From positions 441,316 to 505,315 of the forward strand of contig OZ246394.1 of NCBI GenBank assembly GCA_965230895.1: a stretch of DNA of 64,000 nucleotides. The letters run 5' to 3'. This DNA comes from an uncultured Gammaproteobacteria bacterium (GTDB taxonomy: Bacteria; Patescibacteriota; Microgenomatia; Levybacterales; UBA12049). Below the pieces are notes generated by a model that did no database searches, was not told where the DNA came from, and saw only the letters and a list, made by a program, of their open reading frames with translations. The position numbers and the translations under genes are program-made. Shown here piece after piece: positions 30,204-38,493 of the stretch. The stretch's first letter is position 1; each line of letters starts with the position of its first letter.

Positions 30204-30277
30204 CCGAGTCTCACTCGGCAGTGAGACGATGGCCAAGTCTGACTTGGCTTATTTTTTTATTAAACGTTTTGACGTTT

Positions 30278-30541
30278 ATGCATTATTACGTCTATATTCT
30301 TTTGAGTTTGATGGATAACAAGTTTTACACTGGTTATACAACTAATTTAAAACATAGATTAGCTGCTCATAAAAGAGGTGAAGTTTTATCAACAAAAGCA
30401 AGACGTCCCTTAAAACTCATTCACTATGAATATTTTGTAAATGAGCAGGATGCAAGAGCTAGAGAAGTATTTTTAAAAAGCGGATTTGGTAGAACTGAGT
30501 TAAAAAAAGCTCTTAAAAATACATTACAAAGTAACTTATGA
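30278..30541 (+). CDS. GIY-YIG nuclease-family small protein (UPF0213-like)
   Basis: MHYYVYILLSLMDNKFYTGYTTNLKHRLAAHKRG; immediately downstream of tRNA-Gly and its terminator hairpin. Confidence 0.65.
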   Translation: MHYYVYILLSLMDNKFYTGYTTNLKHRLAAHKRGEVLSTKARRPLKLIHYEYFVNEQDARAREVFLKSGFGRTELKKALKNTLQSNL

Positions 30542-31125
30542 ATAGCACTACAAACTTTGAAAAGCATACAAATCAAAATCCGATAAGTCGATTCTTTCTC
30601 GACAACTTCACCAAAGTCCTTATTGAAACGATTAAACCTTTGAAACCTGCGTCAATTCTTGATGTCGGAGCAGGTGAAGGATTTACTTTAGAAAAACTTC
30701 GCCAAAACAAAATTGGCAAAAAGCTTGAAGGAATTGAGTATATGGATGAAGCAATTGAATTAGGCAAAAAAACAAACCCTAAAGTAAAAATTAAAAAAGG
30801 TGACATTTACAAACTTCCTTACAAAGCGAATTCTTTCGAAGTGCTTATCTGCACTGAAGTGCTCGAACACCTTGAAGATCCAAAAGCTGCACTTGCTGAG
30901 TTAAAAAGAGTTGCGAGTAAATACGTCATTATTTCAGTACCAAATGAACCACTTTTTACAATCCAACGATTCTTCAGGGGGAAAAATATCATGAAGCTTG
31001 GAGATCACCCCGAACATATTCAACACTGGAATTCAAATTCATTCAGAACTTTTGTAGCCGATCAATTGACAGTAAAAGAAGTCAAAACCCCTCTCCCATG
31101 GACCATGGTCACCGCCAAGAAATAA
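30538..31125 (+). CDS. Class I SAM-dependent methyltransferase
   Basis: Motif I ILDVGAGEGF; post-I acidic residue; 195 aa. Confidence 0.75.
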   Translation: MNSTTNFEKHTNQNPISRFFLDNFTKVLIETIKPLKPASILDVGAGEGFTLEKLRQNKIGKKLEGIEYMDEAIELGKKTNPKVKIKKGDIYKLPYKANSFEVLICTEVLEHLEDPKAALAELKRVASKYVIISVPNEPLFTIQRFFRGKNIMKLGDHPEHIQHWNSNSFRTFVADQLTVKEVKTPLPWTMVTAKK

Positions 31126-31141
31126 AAGTACAAGAAGAAAC

Positions 31142-32131
31142 TTACTCCCACTCAGCAATTGCTTTATAAATCACAATACAAAATGAAATAAATGGTATCG
31201 CCAGCAATGCACCGATAACACCCAATAAATTAGCTCCGATGGAAACACCGATAATGACAATGACAGGATTGAGTCCAACAGCTCGCTCCATGATCTTTGG
31301 AACAAGAAGCTGATTTTCAAGCATTTGGATAAGGATATATGTTGCAGCAACAACGACAGCCATTGTTGGAGAAATCGTCAATGCCACAATCACTGCTGGT
31401 ATTGCGGCAAGTGTCGGTCCAAGCGTTGGGACAACTTCAAGCATTGCCGCCAAAAGCGCAAGCGGTAAGGCAAATGGAATTCCTAGGAGTGTAAGTGCAA
31501 CCCATGTGATGACGCCAATAAACAAACTTAAAATCGCCTGTCCTTGCAACCATGCACCGAGCTTTTCATTGACTAGACCAACGATTTTCATCACTTTATT
31601 ATGATGTTGGCGATCAAAAAGACGTGCAATAAACTTCTTAAATTGGTCATGATAAAGAAGCAGATATAAGCTGACAATAAAGATTGTTACGATAGTAAAT
31701 ACACCACCAAATACTCTTGTCGTTACTTCAAATGCACTACTTGATGCAGCACTCAATTGGCCATTGAGATACCCTTGTAGTTGCTTCGGATCAATGCTAA
31801 CGCCAAAAGTAGCTGCAGACCGATCAAGATATTTTGGAAAACCTTCAATGAGAGATTCAATTTGTGAGATAACAAATGGAACAAGTGGGAAAATGAGGAG
31901 CACGAGAAACAGAATAACTGTAAAATATGGAATAATAACTGACAGCACTTTAGGAACTCTCTTTCTGCGTAAGAATTCGACAATTGGAAGCATTGAAGCC
32001 ATGATAATGTATGAAAGAAAAAGCGTTACGAGAATATCGCGTATTTGAAAAACAAACCAACCAAAGAAGAGGATAAAGAGTGCAAAAAGAACCTGATTTT
32101 TAAGAAGGAATCCAAATAATCGTTGTAACAT
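31142..32131 (-). CDS. AI-2E family transporter (UPF0118/PerM-like)
   Basis: 329 aa, 7-8 TM, characteristic AI-2E topology and Gly-rich C-terminal TMs. Confidence 0.65.
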   Translation of the reverse strand: MLQRLFGFLLKNQVLFALFILFFGWFVFQIRDILVTLFLSYIIMASMLPIVEFLRRKRVPKVLSVIIPYFTVILFLVLLIFPLVPFVISQIESLIEGFPKYLDRSAATFGVSIDPKQLQGYLNGQLSAASSSAFEVTTRVFGGVFTIVTIFIVSLYLLLYHDQFKKFIARLFDRQHHNKVMKIVGLVNEKLGAWLQGQAILSLFIGVITWVALTLLGIPFALPLALLAAMLEVVPTLGPTLAAIPAVIVALTISPTMAVVVAATYILIQMLENQLLVPKIMERAVGLNPVIVIIGVSIGANLLGVIGALLAIPFISFCIVIYKAIAEWE

Positions 32132-32208
32132 AGCCTGACTTCACTATATGGAATTGCAAAAGTTTTGTCAATGTAACGATGAGATACTATGTAGGACAGA
32201 TAATAACT

Positions 32209-33486
32209 TTATCTATCTAGCCATTCTGCTTTCAACAGATGGAAGCTTCCTTCACCAATCGCCTCTCGAATTCTTGTCATTAATGACGTAATGAAGAACA
32301 GATTGTGATGAGTTGCCAATTGGAAGGCAAGTAATTCATTGCCGACAAAAAGATGATGGAGATATGCTCGTGTAAAATTCTGGCAGACATAGCATGAACA
32401 GCCAGGATCGATTGGATCTGCGTCGGTTTGGAATTTTTTGTTGGTGACATGAAAGACGAAATTGTTTTGCTTTCTCCCGCCATTTTTTGGACTAATAAAT
32501 AAACTTCCATGCCGTGCTCTTCTCGTTGGGGCTACACAATCAAAGAAATCCATACCGCGTGATACTGATTCGAAAACATCCTCTATTTCTCCGATACCAA
32601 GTAAATGCCGTGGTTTTTCTTCATCAAAGAATGGTACACATTCTGAAACTGTTTGGAATAACACTTCTTTTGAAGTGTACGCTCCACCGATTGAAACTGC
32701 ACCGAAATATTTATCAGTAAATTGTGCAGAAAACTTTCGTAATTCATCAAACCTTCCACCATGAACGATTCCATACATCAATTGATCTTTTCGTTTGTGT
32801 GCATCAATACTTCGTATTGCCCAACGACTCGTTCGTTCAAGTGAAAGTTTGGTCGTTTCATAATCCCACAGTGGAGATTCGTGATCATCAAATGCGACGA
32901 TGAGGTCGGCACCTAATTTCTCTTGAATTTCAATTGATTTTTCAGCATCAAACCAACGTTTCTCCCCGTTTAAATGGGAGTAAAACCAAACTCCTTCATC
33001 ATTTACTAAAGCAGTTTTAAGCTGATTCTTTTTCTTATCTTCAGTCGTTTTTGTAACAGCTGGAAGAACAGGCAAGCCTTCAACAGGATCAAGGAAAACT
33101 GATTTACTGAATTTATTTAACTTTTTCCCTGATTGGTCGCGAATCACAACTTTTTTCCGAGCAACCCCAAGTGAGAAAACCTGATATCCTCCACTGTCAG
33201 TCATTGTCGGTCCATCCCATCCCATGAACTTACCAAGCCCCCCCATTTTCTGGACAATATCTTCGCCAGGACGAAGATGCAAATGATAGGTATTCGATAA
33301 TACAATTTGCGCTCCCATTTCCTTAAGAGCATGTGGCGTCATCCCTTTAACACTTGCCAACGTCCCAACTGGGACAAATGTTGGCGTCAGGATTTCTCCG
33401 TGAGGAGTTTTAAGCTTTCCCAATCGGGCATTTGTTTGCTTATCTTTTTGAAGAATAGTGAATTTAAACGGTGAATTCGTGCTCAT
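32209..33486 (-). CDS. tgt: Queuine tRNA-ribosyltransferase (tRNA-guanine transglycosylase)
   Basis: ARLGKLKTPHGEILTPTFVPVGT N-terminus; catalytic region MTDSGGYQVFSL; zinc site CSCYVCQNFTRAYLHHL; start moved to the MSTNSPFKF Met. Confidence 0.85.
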   Translation of the reverse strand: MSTNSPFKFTILQKDKQTNARLGKLKTPHGEILTPTFVPVGTLASVKGMTPHALKEMGAQIVLSNTYHLHLRPGEDIVQKMGGLGKFMGWDGPTMTDSGGYQVFSLGVARKKVVIRDQSGKKLNKFSKSVFLDPVEGLPVLPAVTKTTEDKKKNQLKTALVNDEGVWFYSHLNGEKRWFDAEKSIEIQEKLGADLIVAFDDHESPLWDYETTKLSLERTSRWAIRSIDAHKRKDQLMYGIVHGGRFDELRKFSAQFTDKYFGAVSIGGAYTSKEVLFQTVSECVPFFDEEKPRHLLGIGEIEDVFESVSRGMDFFDCVAPTRRARHGSLFISPKNGGRKQNNFVFHVTNKKFQTDADPIDPGCSCYVCQNFTRAYLHHLFVGNELLAFQLATHHNLFFITSLMTRIREAIGEGSFHLLKAEWLDR

Positions 33487-33556
33487 TTGAATGAAAATTA
33501 AGTATACCATATATACCCATTGTGGATGTGTTGCTTCTCTATTATAATTAGCTACT

Positions 33557-34255
33557 ATGCAGGCCAAAAAATTAACCGTTCAATTTCGATATCTTGATTT
33601 CATCACAGCTATTTTCGTAGCTGTCCTCATCATTTCCAATGTTGCGTCTTCCAAGATTACTTCGTTTGGTCCTTTTACGCTTGACGCAGGAACAATCCTT
33701 TTCCCATTAACGTATATCTTTGGTGATATTTTGACGGAAGTATATGGATATGGCCGTGCACGACGGGTTATCTGGATGGGACTTTTGTGTAACATTCTTA
33801 TGGCAGCTGTCTTTATGATTGTTGCGGTGCTGCCTCCGTCACCTGATTGGCCAAACCAGAGTGCTTATGAAGCGATCCTTGGACTTACACCACGAATTGT
33901 CTTCGCAAGTGTTACAGCATATTTCGTGGGAGAATTCGTCAATTCATTTATTCTGGCTAAGCTTAAAGTAGCAACCAAAGGAAAAAAGCTTTGGATGAGA
34001 ACAATTGGTTCAACTCTTTTTGGACAACTTTTTGACACTGCAATTTTTATCGTTGTTGCCTTCTGGGGTGTCATGCCGATGGAAGTTCTTATTGCATTAT
34101 TTGTTTCAAATTACATATTTAAAGTTGCCGTAGAAATACTCTTTACACCAATTACCTATGCTGCGGCAAATAAGCTGAAAAAAGCTGAAGGTGAAGATTA
34201 TTTTGATACAAAGACTAACTTTAATCCTTTTGCTCTCCGCGCTGAAGAGAAATAA
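33557..34255 (+). CDS. yhhQ: Queuosine-precursor transporter (YhhQ/VUT family, DUF165)
   Basis: LTYIFGDILTEVYGYGRARRVIWMG signature; 6 TM; divergent from tgt. Confidence 0.7.
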   Translation: MQAKKLTVQFRYLDFITAIFVAVLIISNVASSKITSFGPFTLDAGTILFPLTYIFGDILTEVYGYGRARRVIWMGLLCNILMAAVFMIVAVLPPSPDWPNQSAYEAILGLTPRIVFASVTAYFVGEFVNSFILAKLKVATKGKKLWMRTIGSTLFGQLFDTAIFIVVAFWGVMPMEVLIALFVSNYIFKVAVEILFTPITYAAANKLKKAEGEDYFDTKTNFNPFALRAEEK

Positions 34256-34302
34256 TTTGAATTCAATCTACCCACATGGTAAAATTGCATATAGTTCTAA
34301 CC

Positions 34303-34375
34303 GCTCCCGTAGCTCAATGGATAGAGCACATCGGTTCTAACGATTAGGTTGGGGGTTCGAGTCCCTCCGGGAGTA
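34303..34375 (+). tRNA. tRNA-Arg (anticodon UCU)
   Basis: D-arm GCTCAATGGATAGAGC; anticodon loop GTTCTAA (U33, A37); T-arm GGGGGTTCGAGTCCCTC; one mismatch in the anticodon stem (C27/T43). Confidence 0.7.
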
Positions 34376-35875
34376 CTTATCGATATTTTTACTTTCAATT
34401 TGCTCCTTTAGGTTGTAAATAAAACCTAAATGAGGTGTTTGATAACTTCCATTTACAAAGATAAGTTTTTGCGGGAATATCGAACTCTGTATAGCATGTT
34501 TGCCTTCAATACTTGCTTTAGACCATACTTCATCCAAATGGGTAAGGTAGTAATGCATCCAATGCAAAAGTGTATCAATGTCTATCTGATCCATTTGCTT
34601 CTCATTGCTCAAACCTTTTTTTACAGAAAGATCCAAAGATAATTCATCCTTCATTTGCAAGTATTCTTCATCTGTATAAATACCTTTCAAATGCTTCATT
34701 TTCAGTGTATGTAAGATCTCTTCTGTTTGTTTGATATCCGCATTTACTTTATCGGAAGATTTGGAAAGCTCGGATAATTGTAATTCGTACTTTTCTTTAA
34801 GCATTTCCGTAAATATCTGCATTGGTTTATCTTTTACACAAATGTCTTTCAACAATTGAATAAATGCGTCGTCAGCTTTTTGTACAGGAACGCTGAAAGC
34901 TTTATGTTTCCTGCTACCACACACATAATAATTATATTTTTTCCCACTTTTTGATCTGCTTGGTGCACCTGTAAGACGTGACATACAAATTGCACAAAGC
35001 AATATACCTCTCAATGGGAAATCATCTCGGATATCACGCCGTACTGTATCTTTAACTTGCTTTCTTCCAGTTATTTGTTCACGCACACGGTAAAACAATT
35101 CTTCATCAATCATCGCTAGATGTTTTCCTTTTGCTTCACCATGCACTTTAGAAGTGATAATGCCCATGTAGTATTTGTTGGAAAAGATTTTTGAAACACT
35201 TTGTTTTATGAAAGGTTTATCATGTATTTGTAATTTATCGAGTTCTTTGCATGCCATACCAAGTGTAAGTTTTTCCTTATCAATTCGCTGCCATAAGTTT
35301 TTCAATTTAAAAAAAACTTTTTCATCGGGAATACCACAGCTTTTACCATTTACAATTCCTTTTTTATATCCAAGAGGGGGATAACTGTTTGTGTAGCCGT
35401 CCGTAAATCTTCGTTTCATTCCATCTTTGACACGAGCACTTTTAATATCGTTTTCGTATTGGCTTGCTGCACCAAGGATATTTTGCATGAATATTGCTTC
35501 AGCTGTCTCACCATTAGTTTCCGTTGCACTGATTAAAGAAACTCCGAATTTTGATAAATCACGCCGGATCAATAAGAAGTCCAACTGGTTACGACAAAGT
35601 CTATCCCATTTATAAATGGGAACAGCTGAAATATTATTATTTTTATCCGTACAGTATTTTAATAATTTTTGCAGTTCTGGACGATCCGTTGTTTTAGCAC
35701 TCTCTCCTTTCTCAATGAAATCATGCTTTATAACATATCCTTCTTTGTCAGCTTTTTTATGAATAATATCTTTTTGGCTATCAAGAGAGAAGTTGTCAGT
35801 TTGCAGCGATGTTGATACTCTTTCGTACCCAACAGCATACTTTATAATCATATCTTTATTGCTAGTTTTTATCAT
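34337..35875 (-). CDS. Large serine recombinase (resolvase/invertase N-domain plus recombinase and zinc-ribbon domains)
   Basis: YERVSTSLQ catalytic Ser region; Cys-rich zinc ribbon (CAICMSRL...YYVCGS); 3' end overlaps the tRNA-Arg 3' half. Confidence 0.8.
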   Translation of the reverse strand: MIKTSNKDMIIKYAVGYERVSTSLQTDNFSLDSQKDIIHKKADKEGYVIKHDFIEKGESAKTTDRPELQKLLKYCTDKNNNISAVPIYKWDRLCRNQLDFLLIRRDLSKFGVSLISATETNGETAEAIFMQNILGAASQYENDIKSARVKDGMKRRFTDGYTNSYPPLGYKKGIVNGKSCGIPDEKVFFKLKNLWQRIDKEKLTLGMACKELDKLQIHDKPFIKQSVSKIFSNKYYMGIITSKVHGEAKGKHLAMIDEELFYRVREQITGRKQVKDTVRRDIRDDFPLRGILLCAICMSRLTGAPSRSKSGKKYNYYVCGSRKHKAFSVPVQKADDAFIQLLKDICVKDKPMQIFTEMLKEKYELQLSELSKSSDKVNADIKQTEEILHTLKMKHLKGIYTDEEYLQMKDELSLDLSVKKGLSNEKQMDQIDIDTLLHWMHYYLTHLDEVWSKASIEGKHAIQSSIFPQKLIFVNGSYQTPHLGFIYNLKEQIESKNIDKYSRRDSNPQPNR

Positions 35876-36044
35876 TATCTATTCCGTTCGTCAATGCATT
35901 TTCTTTTCTCGCAACTTTCAGAATTTCATCACATATATTCCCAAATAATGTAAGTTGTTTAGCAAGCACTTCATCAGTTATTCCATTGGCATCTTCTCCT
36001 AATATCTCTCGGGCACGCTTTATTGTCATTTTTTGCCTTTCCAA
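35862..36044 (-). CDS. Small hypothetical protein (element-encoded)
   Basis: 60 aa, charged; overlaps the recombinase start. Confidence 0.3.
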   Translation of the reverse strand: MERQKMTIKRAREILGEDANGITDEVLAKQLTLFGNICDEILKVARKENALTNGIDNDKN

Positions 36045-36244
36045 CTTGCATCTTGTGTAACCAGTTTGTTAAAGTATGCCGCTTTATTTATGATGTGGTT
36101 TGCGTCTATTACTAATGCAACTAGCTTTTCGCACTTGTACAGACCAAGGTCACTGACAGCTTTGTAATAAAAAGCTATGCCTTTCAAATCATTAAATCTT
36201 TTTGCGATATTTTCGGCATGGTAAAGTGTTTCGGGATTATTCAC
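36026..36244 (-). CDS. Small hypothetical protein (element-encoded)
   Basis: 72 aa; overlapping gene chain typical of a compact mobile-element operon. Confidence 0.3.
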   Translation of the reverse strand: MNNPETLYHAENIAKRFNDLKGIAFYYKAVSDLGLYKCEKLVALVIDANHIINKAAYFNKLVTQDASWKGKK

Positions 36245-36830
36245 GACATTCGTTTTCCTCTCTTTCCTGTCTTTTTAAAGTTTCACTTTGTTCACGTAAT
36301 AGTTTTCGTCGCTCTTCTTCAGCGCTTAGTGTATTTTGTATTCCATAACCGTTTAGTAAAATTTTCGCCCGTTCATCCTGAAATTTTTCCATCGATAATC
36401 GAGTCTTATCATTGTTATCCTTATTATCATTATTGTTAGTCGTTATCTGTTCGTTATCCGATCGTTGCGTGGTCGATAGTTTGGTCGTTTCATCTTGAGC
36501 ATTAATGTTGAAAATGCTTGTATCTACAATCTTTGCGATAGTTCCCTTGTTCGTTGTTCTGATCGTTATCAGACCGTTTTTTTCAAGAAAAATCTTATCT
36601 GTTCGATAAATCATTTCAGTTGCACCATATGCTTCGTAATCTCCTATTAGTGCTTCACCAATATCTAATCCATCAAAAAGATCTTCAGAATGCCATCTTG
36701 CTCTAGTAGCAATTAATGTTAGTAAGCAGAATGCAGATTTTCTCTCTTTCAAAATCGACTCAAGCCTTTTTCCACGTTGTAACATTACGAAATTTACGTT
36801 TTTCTTCTCGTTATTATTTTCGTTCTCCAT
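36237..36830 (-). CDS. Putative replication-organiser/DnaD-like protein with low-complexity Asn/Asp linker
   Basis: N-terminal winged-helix-like region (FCLLTLIATRARWHSEDLFDGLDIGEAL); N/D-rich linker; charged C-terminus. Confidence 0.3.
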   Translation of the reverse strand: MENENNNEKKNVNFVMLQRGKRLESILKERKSAFCLLTLIATRARWHSEDLFDGLDIGEALIGDYEAYGATEMIYRTDKIFLEKNGLITIRTTNKGTIAKIVDTSIFNINAQDETTKLSTTQRSDNEQITTNNNDNKDNNDKTRLSMEKFQDERAKILLNGYGIQNTLSAEEERRKLLREQSETLKRQEREENECRE

Positions 36831-36999
36831 AGTTCTGTCTTTCTATCTCAACAGGTACAAATATGTATCCTTTACCCTCGCAGCCATGACAAATTCTACT
36901 TCCATGTTTCAGTGTTCCAAATCCGTGGCACACTGGACACATCTGAGCATAATATTTGGGATTTATTTCTTTAACTTTTATTTCGGGTGATTTTTCCAT
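36814..36999 (-). CDS. Zinc-ribbon small protein
   Basis: CPVCHGFGTLKHGSRICHGCEGKGY (CxxC...CxxC). Confidence 0.4.
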   Translation of the reverse strand: MEKSPEIKVKEINPKYYAQMCPVCHGFGTLKHGSRICHGCEGKGYIFVPVEIERQNYGERK

Positions 37000-37012
37000 C
37001 TATCTTTCTCAC

Positions 37013-37037
37013 AAAAAAAGCAACCATGAAAGGTTGC
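37013..37037 (-). terminator. Rho-independent terminator-like hairpin (minus strand)
   Basis: gcaacc-atgaaa-ggttgc stem-loop, preceded on the plus strand by a 7-A run (= U-run on minus). Confidence 0.45.
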
Positions 37038-37577
37038 TTCTGTATGAAAAAAGCTCAAGCAGAAATACTTTCCTTTCAGGCAAAAATTGCCAAAAACGGT
37101 TAAGTAATTCCTACTTGAGCCTTCCCTGAACTCGAATGGATTACATGTATGACTGTTACTATCCTACTTAAAGATAGCTCTTGATCAATGGCATGTAACG
37201 ACCCATTGTCGTTGTTCGCGGTCTCCTCGAAGTTGAACAGTACCGAAAATCTTTTGTTAACAATAAATTATCATGTATTTTGAAACTTTGCAACTTTAAT
37301 CTTATTCCTTTTTACGCCCCTGTTATGTACACTGTATATAGCTTGCAAAATATGCAATTTTATCCTATAATATAGGTATCATTTTAAGATTTGCCTAACC
37401 CTATTGGTTCGCCGATAGGCATGGCAAGAAAACCGTTGAAAGTAGTAAGCTCGTCGTCGAGTTCTTTCAACGGTCATATGGGGAAACTCATATGGGGAGA
37501 AATCCCGCTGGCGGCGAGCTTTTTGTATGGCTTCATTTTGTCCTCAAAAAGATCGTCCCATTTAGGAGGTGATACTT

Positions 37578-37772
37578 ATGTTAACAATGTTAATTATAAT
37601 GTTTATTGTTGCCGTTGGAATTGATCAAATGATGCACAATTACAGAGTACAAAAGCATAATGAGCAAGCCGAAATATACTGGCAAGATTATTTAGCAAAT
37701 AAAGAGCAAAGAGATGCACTAGATAGAAGTATGGGTGTTCCTACTTTGGAGGAAAGAGTACGGAAAAGTTAA
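37578..37772 (+). CDS. Small membrane protein (64 aa)
   Basis: Strong RBS AGGAGGTGA 8 nt upstream of ATG; N-terminal TM (LTMLIIMFIVAVGI) then charged tail. Confidence 0.4.
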   Translation: MLTMLIIMFIVAVGIDQMMHNYRVQKHNEQAEIYWQDYLANKEQRDALDRSMGVPTLEERVRKS

Positions 37773-38228
37773 TTACTTCCAATCTTTTTCTGTTTCGTAT
37801 CCAATTTGTAGCTTTGGTATATTTGACCATTTCTTATTTTTGGAAGCATTTGAATACCATGCAGGGTAATCCTTTATTTTGTAATAGCCTTGAGCTGTGC
37901 CGTTTGGTGAAGGTATGCTGTACCATGCTTGTGAATCCTGCTCATAATCCATACGAGCAAGTGTCTTCAGTATTTCGGATTTTAAGATCGGTTTAAGTCG
38001 CTCATAGAACTTATAGACCTGTCTTGTTGGGATACCAGTAAGATTTGCTATTTCCCATGCCGTGAAACCAAAATCACGACGTAGACGGTATATCATAAAT
38101 GCCAAATGCAGATGTTGATCAGACTTGAAGAGTTTATGACCAACAATAGTCATACGGTTTGTAAGAACTCTACTGTATACTTTCTTCCTTTTGTTTTCTT
38201 CTTTCAGTTTTGCCAACTCTTTTTTCAT
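37773..38228 (-). CDS. HTH DNA-binding protein (element-associated regulator)
   Basis: FTAWEIANLTGIPTRQVYKFYERL helix-turn-helix; basic N-terminus. Confidence 0.4.
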   Translation of the reverse strand: MKKELAKLKEENKRKKVYSRVLTNRMTIVGHKLFKSDQHLHLAFMIYRLRRDFGFTAWEIANLTGIPTRQVYKFYERLKPILKSEILKTLARMDYEQDSQAWYSIPSPNGTAQGYYKIKDYPAWYSNASKNKKWSNIPKLQIGYETEKDWK

Positions 38229-38493
38229 AATTCACTGGGGGACAACTCGGATTATATACAAGCCACTATACCTCTCTCCGAATTTTGGGTAAAATACTTT
38301 TTCTGCTATTCATTTTACAAAATTTTTGCAAGGGAACAATAAAGAAAATATATAATTACAGAATAAATATACTGTATTTGAAGCCTCTAATACTGAAACT
38401 CTCCCATTTATGCTAAGAATGCTGCTTCATAATTGCTGTCGATACTTTTAATAATGTTTTTCATTTCTTCAGTAATTACTTTTTTGTTCATAT

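Noticed and set aside
36380-36480. Low-complexity repetitive DNA (ttatc / cgtt units) that could be mistaken for a CRISPR-like array
   Set aside because: It lies within a continuous ORF and encodes an Asn/Asp/Lys-rich linker. There are no regular repeat-spacer units.
37100-37140. Possible inverted tRNA-Arg 3' fragment (tact..gaactcgaa) as an attR candidate
   Set aside because: The match to the tRNA T-arm is only ~9 nt and interrupted. It is insufficient to call an att duplicate.
37391-37624. 77-aa ORF spanning the structured noncoding region
   Set aside because: No RBS, Ser-run low complexity, and it overlaps strong RNA secondary-structure elements. It is more likely noncoding.
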